64,000 nt of DNA from Azolla caroliniana (Eukaryota > Plantae > Polypodiophyta), in the NCBI GenBank assembly GCA_043228905.1, contig JBHGNT010000016.1:12276001-12340000 (forward strand), in the 5' to 3' direction. Below, one piece after another: positions 24,636 to 35,730 of this stretch. The notes beneath the pieces are model-generated. The model did no database searches. It was not told the origin of the DNA and was given only the letters and a program-made list of their open reading frames with translations. Position 1 is the first letter of the stretch. Each line of letters opens with the position of its first letter. The position numbers and the translations under genes are program-made.

Positions 24636-27527
24636 ATGATGGCTTACCGCCCAATGAACCCTAAGCCACAAAAAGAAGGAAATAGAAGATCTTCTGCACA
24701 AAACAGAAACCCACCTTCTAACTATCAGCACTCCCATCGCTCCTCCCCCTCACCTTCTCCTCCATCCTATCACAGAGCTCCAACCCACCGCAACCACCAG
24801 TCTCCTTCCCACGAACCCACTATGGCGATGCTGATCTTCATCTCTACTACCTTACGCCGATGGCTCGTGGAGAAACGCTTGGATGGGTACATCCGGGTCG
24901 CAGAGGCACCCCCACACCCGGATGCCATGGATATCACCAGGAAGCTGAACATCGACATGATCACCAACTCTTCCATTCAGAAAAAGTTGGACTTGTCATC
25001 GCTAGGCGAAAGGCATTTCGAAATCCCTCCTGCAAAGGCGCTGCAACGATATTTCGGGCCATATTCCTCCTCCACCAAGGCCTATAGAATGAAGCAGATC
25101 CCCGATCCCTTCTTCCGTGAAGTTGCCAAGTTCCTGCTAGAGGTCGGCTGCGTAGATGTCAATGCATATGGGATGCCCAAGCAAAAGGAGGGCATCATTA
25201 TCGATACCTTTGAACGATGTGTGATCGATTGGGGGGTCATCACAGGGCCGGTGTTACGGGAAGGCCTGCATGCGTATCAGGTAGGCAAAAAGCTCAGGCC
25301 GATCATACAACAGTACCTTACGGTACTATTCCCACCCCAAGGTCTGCTGGCACCACATCCCAGCTGACCCACGCCCCCGCCCCGATCCGCGAAACGCAGG
25401 TTAGCGGGCCTAGTGTGGGAAGAGGAACCCCAACCCGCCCAGCCAGACACGCGGACAACACCTCCAGCCCATTCAGACACACGGACAACGTAGGAGGAAC
25501 AACCGACACGTTTCGTGGCAGTAGCCCCAGAGCTAGACACCGAAGCACGACAAGATAGCCCCAGACCGAAATGACGTAGATTGGACAGGAAAGATGGGCG
25601 GGGATTGGTCAAAGACGTCCCCACGGCGGCAGAGACAATGACCAACGGCAATGGCTCCGCAGCTACGGAGCACAATACCACCTTCGAAATCATCCAAGAG
25701 GCACGACCGATCATTACGACCCAGTCCCAATGAGGGAAAGCCGTATTGAGGGTGGAAAGCGAGGTGTTGGCATATCTAGATATCCTGGATATGGCCCATG
25801 AGTTTAGCGCCCTCTTATAGTTCGGAACCTCTTTTGAGATCATGGAATTCCTTGCAACACAACAGATAAAAGCCTCCCAACGAATGGTCGAGGATCACGC
25901 AGAGCGCCAGATGATCGAGCACGCCTTGACACAAACGGCGGAGAGCGACGATGAGGACTGGCTAGCGAGGGTCGGCAGACCAAGGAACACCGGGGTATGC
26001 CGAGTGGGGATGGAGCTACCCCCATTAAACACGGCCCTAGTCGAAGTCCATAGGGAATTGGCAAAGGTCAGCACGGGCAAAAATAAGAATGTCTGGAAGA
26101 AGGTGAAATTGACCCAAGCCAAGCTGAAAAAAGCCAACGAACGCATCGCGGAGTTGGAAGCTAACGCGACTACGGCGCAACACGCAACTCTGCCACCAAA
26201 CCACGCCATCGACTCTTTAAGGGAAGAAATTGAGGCTCAGACCGCCATCGCCTCAGGGTCGTGCAACTTGTGGAATCAGAAATTGACCGCCTTCGAGCTC
26301 AATTGCGCCAATCCTTAGACAGAGAAAAGGAGATCCGAGCTAACGGCCGGAAGGCAGTAAAAACCGTTGAAGAGAAACTCGTTACGGAGGTAGCTCAACA
26401 CATCCGAACAAAAGACGAAAACGCCCAATTATGGGATGAAGAGAAGAAATTGGAGGCGGCAATCGCAGGACTTTGGGCCTTATTAGAGAAAAAGAAGGTA
26501 TGGTTCGACGAGCAGCTGGTGGTCGAACAAGAAAGAAGGCATTAGCTTGAAATCCTCCTAAACAATGAAATGGGGAAATTAGAAAAACAACATGCAAAGG
26601 AATCCCAGCTGTGGGCGGGCCTGAAGGCCACATACGAAGAAACGATGGCGGTCAGACAGAAAGAAATTGCAAACCTCCAGAAGTCGATGGAGGACGCACG
26701 CAACCGTTGCCAGGCCATCACAGATAACGTGCATATCCTTCTCCAAACAAATCGGGAGAGGTTCACAACGCAATTGAAAACGGCGCTGGACAAAGGATGG
26801 ATGGCGTGGGCAACCCAAGCAACGGAATTGCATGCGTATCGTGCAGATTGGGAGAACCGGCGAAAAGACGGCTGAGGTTTCTATAAACTAAATGAGGAGA
26901 GCATCGCGGCCATGGGAGAGGACCTAACGCAAGACTATCATGCGCTAGCGGACCAACACTCCAAAGAACTCGCGCAACTCTTAGATGATTTTAGTGAAAG
27001 CCAGGAGGAGCTATTTAACCAGATCACACAAGCCGGCAACACGTGAACAAATGAGGAATCCAGCGCGATGCCAATTCCGGGCACGGCCGAAGAAGAGGAA
27101 CCTCAGGCCAGATCACCAGAAATTACAACGATGGTGAACAACGCGGACCGACGAGCGGAGTCCCCCATAGTACCAGACAGCGAAACCACTGCCCAAGAGG
27201 AGTTGCATCTGCACGAGCCCATGCTATCGTCGGACCACACGGAGAACGGTGTGGCCCAACTCCCCGGAACGTACAAAGACGGCCGACACCACGAAGGAAG
27301 TAACGATTGAGACAGAGCCATGGCTGACCGCAAGCATGACGATGGCGGAGCCCAACTCACTAGCCCAAGAAGAGCCCACCGTACCCGGACCGCCCACACA
27401 GGACGACTGCGACACCGGAAGAAACCATTCTGACCAAATAGGGGAGCTACACCACGATGCACCTACGGGCCCTACGTCGTCTCCCGACGCGGACACCAAC
27501 ATCTGGGGCATTTTGGAAAAAGATTAA
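24636..27527 (+). pseudogene. Family B extra ORF (roughly 950 codons when joined): P/S-rich start, globular domain, coiled coil, acidic tail
   Basis: Consecutive ORF fragments 24597..25367, 25842..26318, 26261..26545, 26570..26875, 27068..27527, colinear with the second copy at 46640-49407. Confidence 0.75.
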
Positions 27528-27531
27528 TGGG

Positions 27532-27572
27532 ATGGGTCCGACGTGCTAGGGCACTGTCCCACAGGCGTGCTA
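27532..27572 (+). other. tRNA-Arg-like 3' half at the PPT position (family B, copy 1)
   Basis: ATGGGTCCGAC-GTGCTAGGGCAC-TGTCCCACAGGCGTGCTA, then GG, then LTR TGTTG. Confidence 0.65.
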
Positions 27573-27574
27573 GG

Positions 27575-28012
27575 TGTTGTCCGCCGGAATAGTAACCGAC
27601 GGACAAGAGCGTAGGAATAAGAAATAAAATAAGATCATAACGCATGTAATGGTTCACACAGGAAGCGTGAACGACTAAATAGACCCTGTGTATATAAAGG
27701 GCAGAAAACCTTTGATAGAGGGAGCGTGTAATTTTGGAATGTAAAGAAGCGTATCATAATAGAATTCTATCTTCTTTGAAAGTTTGTGTATAGCTACGGC
27801 TAATCTATTGTGTGTCTGGAATACCGGAGCGTGTAAGAACGTAAGTGTAACCATTGCTAAGGAGTCGGTTGTAGTCGTCTCCCTTAAACGTTGATAGGTT
27901 ACGGGGAACATTCTCCTATGCATTACAGATAGACGCCCCATTCGTTGTTCCACAATCACTTGGAGGTCTAGGTCGAAGGACTGACCGAAGACCATGTTCC
28001 TAATCGGTAACA
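27575..28012 (+). repeat. 3' LTR of family B
   Basis: TGTTGTCC...GGTAACA; homologous to 46152-46591 and 55715-56154; TATATAAAG near 27691. Confidence 0.92.
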
Positions 28013-30931
28013 GTCGCTTCGAACAGCTTGGGTCTTGCAATATTCCTCAAACTTCCCTTTGTATTCGCCACCATTGTCAGTTCGAACAACCTTCAACTTC
28101 CGACCCGACTCTCGCTCAGTTCTTGCCTGGAACTCCTTGAAGAACGAGAATACTTGATCTTTTGACTTTAGTATGAAAGCCCACAACCTTTGACTGTAGT
28201 CGTCAATTAACGTCACAAATTACTATCCGCCTTGATGCGACGCAACATCTACATAACACACATCCGTGTGTACTAGTTCCAGTGCAACTTCTCTTCTTCT
28301 TCGTGGCCATGTGTGTTGGGAATGTCCCTCCAATGGGAGGATGATCTGACTGTTCGGAAAGCCGAGAGTCGAAGAGTCGGAAAATAGGAGCCGAGTTGAT
28401 GAGGGACTCGGCCGAGGCAGAAACTGGAATCGTGTACATAGCCAACTCGGGAAACTATATTTTGAAAATAGTCTTAAGTGTGCGCCCCATGAGGGCTACG
28501 TATGTAAATAAATGGAAAGTTGCATAAGTATATATGCAACTAGGGCAAACCTTTAGTTTGTGATGAACAGAAGTGTGACGAACTGTGTAGAAAGAGAGAG
28601 AGAGACAGAGAGTGTGTGTGAGAGCCGCGCCATAGCTGTGTGAGTAACAGCAGACGCGAAGAGCCCTATGTGGCTGATACTCTCGACAGAGTGTTGTAAT
28701 CATCTCTGTTGTATATCCACTTTGTATAGTGAAGAAACCTGTTCACCCGTGGTTTTAGGGTTTCCACGTAAATCTTTGTGTACATTTGTTTGTCTTGTTT
28801 TTTCTGGCATTTTCTATGATTCGTATTTCAGCACGTAGTTCGATTATTCGTGATCTATTCCGCAACGATTTGTGGAATGCTGCTCTATTCTGCTTTCCGA
28901 CTAAGCAGTTGATGCACTTTTCCAGGTGCACTCCCTTTACTTCTGGTAGAAGCTTTTGGTCCGCCAACAGATGTAGTCCCTTCTCACTCATGTGGCCTAG
29001 CCTCTTATGCCATATCTGTCCTACCGAGTCAGCTTCCATATTCACTTCCGACTTGCACACTCGGGCTTGCATCATATACAATGTGCCTTCCTTCTGTGCT
29101 AGGGCCACTATAATATTTCCTTGGCAGAACTTCCATTTCCCGTTTCGGAAGCTACCACTATAGCCTTCGTCGTCCAATCTTCCAGTCGATATCAGATTTA
29201 GTCTGATACCGGGGACATGTCGAACATCCTTCAGAGTCAGTCGATACCCTATCGACATCGTCAAACAAACACTTCCGACTCTGGCTGTCTTGCACTCCCC
29301 ACGATCACCCATCTTTACATAACCATGATCACCGGCTATGTAAGTCGAGAAATACTCTCTCGATGGAGTTATGTGGAACGATGTACCGGAGTCGATCACC
29401 CAAGTGCATTCTTCGCTTGAAAGATTTGCAATTTTCTGTTCACAAATGAACACATGTTCTTCATTGCTCGTAGTAATGGCTGAAGTGTATTTTTCTTTAG
29501 GAATCTTACGAGGTTCGACATTATTATCGACACTCTTTTCCTTTTTAAGGTGTCGGCAGTCTTTCTCGATATGTTCAGGCTTTCCACAATAAAAGCACAC
29601 GAGCTTTCCTCTGGACTTCGACCTGGTTTGAGACTTTTCTAACCTTGGTGGACTTCTTTGCCGATTCCTTCCTCTGCCAATGTGTTGAGTCAAAAATTGG
29701 ACTCCGATTGGACTAGGACACCCTTGTCCTTCCTTCTCGCTTCCTCATTCAGGATGCTTGTCTTCACCGCTTGTAAAGACAAGTTCTCCCAACTATCCGA
29801 CAATGTGCACATCAACAGGATGGTCTGCATGGCATCATCAAGGGGAAACTTGGTTGCAACAAGTTGATTTACATACCGCATGAATGTGTTGATGTGTTCG
29901 ACGATGTTCTCCCCGTCTCTTTATTTTAGTCGTATGATCTTTCTCATCAATGAGGTTTTACTGAGGGCGTTCTTCCTCTCATATAGACCTGAGAGCTTCT
30001 GCCACATCTCTTGGGCATTTGAGTCGTTCGCCACATGTTCAAGGACACTTACATTGACACTGTCTGATGGTGGCCACCACCTTTTTGTTAAGAAGTTTCC
30101 ATTCCGACTCTAATACCCCTGTGGGTATTTCTGCCCTGTCGATCGGTTCGTACAGGTCTTTGACTATGAGAAGGTCCTCCATCTTTATCTTCTAGTCTGC
30201 ATAGTTCTAAGAGTTTAGAACTATCATTCCTGGGAAGCTACACACAGCTCCTTCCATGCTTGCACCTCAAGCTCTGGTACCAGTTTGTTGAGAAACAAAT
30301 TATGTACACAGAAATATACTGAAATATACAAGTCTAAAACACAGAAAATAGTGTACACATATTTAACATGGAAACCCTAAAGCAGGAGAAAACCACGGAG
30401 AACGAAGCTTCACTATACAATGGATTTACAACAATGAGATCAGAGTACAACACTCTCCCTACACAAAGTGTAAAAATCCTCTCAGGGCTCTTGGCGTATG
30501 CTGTTATTAAACGCAGTTATGGCGCCACTGACTCTCTCACGCTCTCAAACACACTCTCTTCTCTCCAACGCTATGCTATAGAGGCCCACCCATGTATGTC
30601 TAAATGTTTTGTTTTCCCTAGGTGTATTTATACTAATACACAGAATGGGCTATTTACAATCATGGCCATTATTATTATCCACTAATAATAATAATAGTTT
30701 TACTAATCAGCCGACTCATTCGTTGACTGTCGGGTTGGTCCGATTATTCGGCCTGGTCATTGACCATTAGGTTGCCCGACTAGCCAGTCGTGTCTTCGAC
30801 CTCAATCAACTCTCTCTGAGTCGACTCCTCAACCGTCGACTCTCATCCGATTAGTTGATTGCTCCCTGTCTTCGACTGCCGGCTCTCTCCGAGCAGTGGG
30901 CTCCTCCCACTAGAGGGACATATTCCTAAAA
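28013..30931 (-). mobile_element. 5' part of a decayed Ty1/Copia element, Tork/Tnt1-like (LTR 30286-30931, PBS, gag, PR, integrase)
   Basis: CFYCGKPEHIEKDC, WVIDSG, WHKRLGHMSEKG, RTDNGGEY; PBS TGGTACCAGAGC at 30271-30282. Confidence 0.9.
28314..28868 (+). mobile_element. Solo LTR of Copia type inserted in the integrase region
   Basis: Starts TGTTGGGAATGTCCCTC; resembles the inverted LTR at 30286-30931; flanks ATGTG/TTGTG; the host frame resumes across it. Confidence 0.7.
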
Positions 30932-31003
30932 GTTTACGCACCCAGTCTACGCACTGGTTTATGCACCGGTTTACGCACCCAATGTTCAGCTTGTATCTCA
31001 ACA
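30932..31003 (-). repeat. 5' end fragment of a Copia family C LTR
   Basis: Reverse complement matches the start of LTR 63373-63798 (GGTGCGTAA repeats, TGTTGAG terminus). Confidence 0.7.
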
Positions 31004-33019
31004 AGTAACTAGGAAATTACGTCGATGTGAGATTATTCAAGATAGAGATCCGAGAAAGATGTCTTAGCTATGTTTTCCTCCATGGTTTTTAAAATACCAT
31101 AGTGTTACCATAGTTATTGGATCTCGAATCGCATCTCATACGTCTAGAGGGGTAAAGACATGAGATGTTTTCTTGGATAAAGTTCTTCCAAACAAACTTT
31201 GAAACGTTCATTTTGCTTGTGTAGTTTCTTAACCTCGTTATTTATATTGCATACATATAACTTGCATCATGGAATAGGTTTTGACCAAGCCCTCCCAACT
31301 CTAGTCTGCATCCCACACACAAGATGAGATCACTATTGAGTAATTGCTCACTATTACTTGGAATCAATTGGCCAAAGTGCGGCAAGCCATTATGGCTTTG
31401 GAAAAGAAATTCCAAGAATTGACTATTGAGTCCAAGAAAGAAGGTGAACCTTCTTTCATAGTCCCGCCATTCAAGGGAGATAAGAAAGAAAGAATTGAGG
31501 ACACCATTAGTTCTTGGCTTGGTTGTTGGGGGTTTCACTTTGAGCTCCATCCCAAGCTAGAAGTTGTCAAAATTGGTTATGTCGGTTGTGAGTTAGGTGG
31601 CCAAGTTGTTGTTTGGTGGCATGGCCTAAGGACTACAAAGAACTTACCCACAACTTGGGATGGTTTTGTCGATGGATTTCAAGAAATAGTTCATGCAACG
31701 ACCTTCTCAAAGTGAACAAGCCCAACACTTGCTTTATCGTGCAAGCCATTTACCGCTCTTGAGGATTATGTGTATTATGCTCGGACCCAAATTAAAAGTT
31801 GGGACTTACGGGTAAGAAATGGTTTGTGGCTTGCTTTTCGAATGGTATTCCCAATGCCATTAGATTGTCCATGACAAGGACCCTAGAACTTTCAAGGAAG
31901 CTATCAATATTATATTGCGGTACCATCAAACTTCCAAGAAAGACCACAATAAACCTGAGTTCGCTAAAACTCCTAATGTCAAGTTCATTGGGAAACGTAA
32001 GCAATCCAGTGACATTGTGCTTGATTGTGACTCAAAGAAGACGAACCTTTTCGTTTCATATTGCAAGAAATGGGGACACACAAATGATACTTGTCATCAT
32101 CTTGAGAGGAAGTCAATGAACATCCCTCAAGAAAAATCTACGAGTCACATAGGTGAGTCTTTTCATGTTATTCAAGTTTGTACCACCCATTTAAGTTCAC
32201 GTGAATGCATTTTTACTTCACATTTACTTTGACCTCATGATTTACTCCGAGCACTCCGGTCTATCAACGGAACACAAGCACATTTCTTGTTTGATTCCGA
32301 CAGTTCTCACAAGTTTCTTAACGATCACTAGGTGCAACAACAACTCCACATAAATGCAAGTGATCATATGTGTCAAGTTCATATGGCAAATGGAGGTGTT
32401 CAATACATCAATGTCATTGTTTGTCAACTGCCAATTCAAATTGACACCAATATGGAGAAGCTTTGCTTTCACATTATGAAACTACAATCTGCAGATACCC
32501 TTGTTTTTTTAAGCCCTTCTTTGTCCATTGATTAGGTTAATCACTCAATAACATCTGAACTTAGTAAGTTTATGCATTTTATTCAATGTTCCAAACCTCT
32601 TTCTTGTTCACTTGTGCCTTACAAATCTTTATTTGAGTATTCTAGCTCATCAATTTATTTGCGTGTAATGGATCTTGCGCTTCAATTTTATTATTTTATT
32701 ATTTTCGTCAAACAATTACCACATTATGTATGACAACTACTCCACTCTATTTTTGAAGATTTTCAAGATGTGTTTGCTAATGAATTGCCGCTTACTTTAC
32801 CACCACAATGTAATGTGGACCATTAGATTGAACTCATTCTCGGTGTTGCTTCTGTGAGCATTCCACCTTATCGACTTAGTGGATTATCAGAGGATGAGAT
32901 CACTAAAAAACTTAAGGAATACTTGAGTATGGACCACATTAGGTATAGCAAATCACCTTGGGGTGCAACCGTTGTTTTAGTTAAGAAGAAAGAAGATTCA
33001 TGGTGAATGTATATTAACA
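31004..33019 (+). mobile_element. Decayed chromovirus related to 16208-23234 (leader end, gag, PR, start of RT)
   Basis: GEPSFIVPPFKGDKKER versus [17 protein letters not shown]; [11 protein letters not shown]; KSPWGA; many stops. Confidence 0.9.
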
Positions 33020-33479
33020 CTCAAGGGGGTACAACATTTCTGGATCCCCTAGTTCGATCTGTGAAGACACAGAGAACAATAGGGGCATGGATGTTGTCTA
33101 ACCAATGGGGGAACAAAGAAACAGTGAGAAGAAGCAAACCACATACGCGATGGGAATCCTGACGTCTGACAGAATCAACGCTCACTAAGTATCCCCACTT
33201 GGACCTCCCACATTCTGAACAAGAAGAAAGTGTGATGAACTTAACGCTCATTGAGCAACACCAACAAGAGTTGGAAGGCCTAGTCAACATCGCTTCTTGA
33301 TCTAGTAGCGACCAGCGGTAGCAGTTCTGAGGTCAACATCCCGTAAACCAGACTCACAAATCCACCGGTTGCGACAATAGTCCATCAAGGGGGGTGTTTG
33401 AAGATCAAGATAGCGACACAATGTCGTACCCTTACCCTAGGTACAATGATGAAACTAACGCTGAGACGCATGTACACGC
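33020..33479 (+). mobile_element. 5' gag fragment of a family B-related Gypsy; continues at 56887
   Basis: MSYPYPRYNDETNAETHVH versus family B MAFAYPRFNGETDPATHIR. Confidence 0.6.
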
Positions 33480-35730
33480 TGTCGTGATGGTGTGTGTCCA
33501 TTGGGAGAAATTGTGAAATAGTGTAGTTCCATGCACATTACACAAACCATTACAAATATGAAAATTATCCTAGGTCCTAGTGGTATTCGAGTGCATATAA
33601 AGGGGTGTAAGCAAGATTTGAACCTTGCACCTCCAAAATAGAAGACATTTATCTTACCATTAGGGCAACTACCAAGTACTTTAAATGTTATGTATTTCTT
33701 TTCATATTCAAAAGGCATAGGAAAACAACCATACAAAGCCGTGTGCACAAAACCGAGTCCACATCGTTGTCTTTTCGACAAATTCGTGAACGTCCTCCCT
33801 GGTCCGTGGCCCCGCTAGTCCCGCTCAAGTAGCACACGCATGCGAGCATCTTTGCGACATCATTTGGTGAACTTGACGTGAAGAGCAGTAGGGGAGGCTG
33901 AAGATGGACGAGGAATATCTCATGGAGGTAATGTCAAAGATGATAATGGAATTTTCAAGAGAAGGGAAAAGACGAGATATGACCCAACAAGCCGTCGAGG
34001 GCGTGGTTGAGCGAGTCGGCTATTTCAACGGTGCAAAATTCCAATATATTCTAAAAGTCTACAATGCCGAGATGGATTGGAGAGGTGTGAACGAAGCTAT
34101 GAGGCTGGAGTACTTTTGTCGGGTGATGGTTGAACTGATCTAAAAAGAGGTAAAAGAGCTTCGAGAAGCTCAAGATTCATGGGTGACTTTGAAGGAGGCT
34201 CTATTGAAGGCATATGGCTATGAGAGACCGAAGGGACGAGGTCGGCGTGAGTTCGACTAGTGGGTGGCATCGGTGAAGACCCACCAAGGTGTGGCACAAG
34301 CATTCCTGGACTTCGAGTGTTGTTTTTCTCAACTATCAGAGCAGGAACAAAGATTGGTGGGGGTGGATAAGGTATTGTTGTTCATGAAGTCAATCAATCG
34401 AAGGGAAAGGATGGCGATTGGGTGAAAAGTGGAAAGAGTATGCCGACTACATGATAAGAGGAAGATGATATTCTCTTCGGCAACAACACAACCCACGAGG
34501 GTGACAGAAATACACGCTCCGTAAGCACAACGCTCGGCCACAACCGAGTCTAGGATCAAACATAGAAAACGGGTAATGTACGCACGACACAGTGAAGAGA
34601 GGAGTACATAGGATGTCTATGTGGAAAACCCAAACTAGGGAAAAACCACAGCAGCCCATAGACTGCAAACTATCACTATATCACAATGTACAATAGTAGA
34701 GCGCCGAGGCAACAACCTCCAACTTCCTATCTTCGCCACAGGCGGCGGTTACAACAGAGGCAACAACCTCTTCGTCTCTCACTCTCTGTACACAGTTACA
34801 CACTCAAATCTTGCACCAACAAGAATGACAACTACAATACCACTAAGTTTGCCCTAAGTCATATTTATACTAATATGACTTTTCGGCTATTTACAAATAT
34901 AGCCCCGATGGACTCTCCAAAAACATATTTACGAATATGTCCCTTCATCCAGTGAGCACTTCTCACCGGGCCTTCACCATCCAGCTCTTGCTAGGTACTC
35001 GTCATCCGGTTCTCACTGGCTATTCCGTTGTCGGGTACTCCACATCCGGTTCTCACTGGGTCTTCCGTTGCCGGGTACTCCACATCCGGTTTCAGCCTTA
35101 GCCTATCGGCCTCGGCCGAGTTTGCTCATCAACACTGTTCTTCTCACTTCCCATCCAGAGGGACCTATTTCCTAACAGTGGGATGGTGAAAGGAGGATGG
35201 GATGCGATTACACACAACCACCTAAAGAAGAAAGCTTGAAGATGGAAGGTTCGACGGTACTTGACATAAAGGCCTTCATAAAGGAGGCATATGAGAGTTT
35301 AAAGGTGCAAGTCAAGGCCAAAGAGAATCCTAGAATGGAGCCAAAACCGAGGCAATTGGTGATCAAGGAAGAGGAGACCTCTGAACAAATGCAAACTAAT
35401 GATATAGCCGATACGAAGGCCTAGGTTTAGTACGATAGTACCATGGGAGAAGGTGTGAAACAAGCAACCTTCTGGACTTATAGAGGAACGACGGTCAAGA
35501 GAAAGGCCAAAGAATCGAGAGCGGGAAATGCTCCTTTAAGAGTGGGCGAGCATTTCGGAACACATGTTGTGTCCGAAATATCGAGTGATGAAGCTGCAAG
35601 AATGAGCAAAGCTTGCATGATCGAGGGATGTAAAGAGTGTGAGGTCGACGTGATTGAGGTGGTAGCCAGGAGGAATGACATCGAGTCGCAGATGGCTATG
35701 GAAGAGTCCACGGTGGATGACCGTGCCGAG
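33480..35730 (+). mobile_element. Family E-related Gypsy: 5' LTR 33480-33859, tRNA-Trp PBS 33865-33881, decayed gag-like ORF
   Basis: TGTCGT...GCGACA; TGGTGAACTTGACGTGA; AVEGVVERVGYFNG resembles AIESIVGSIGRFGG (11852..12298). Confidence 0.8.
34502..35177 (-). mobile_element. Solo LTR related to the Copia family D LTR
   Basis: TGACAG...CCTAACA; flanks GAGGG/GTGGG; homologous to 43095-43779. Confidence 0.85.

Larger units (their letters stand above)
15980..28012 (+). mobile_element. 3' half of a family B non-chromovirus Gypsy (end of RNase H, integrase, extra ORF, 3' LTR), interrupted by the intact chromovirus
   Basis: DFLSRLENG...LPPPQLR continues across the insertion at 23240; integrase DFVGPF...YYPQANGLAE; colinear with 46152-51020. 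Confidence 0.9.

Noticed and set aside
24636-27527. env gene
   Set aside because: Position fits, but I see no signal peptide, fusion peptide or transmembrane helix.
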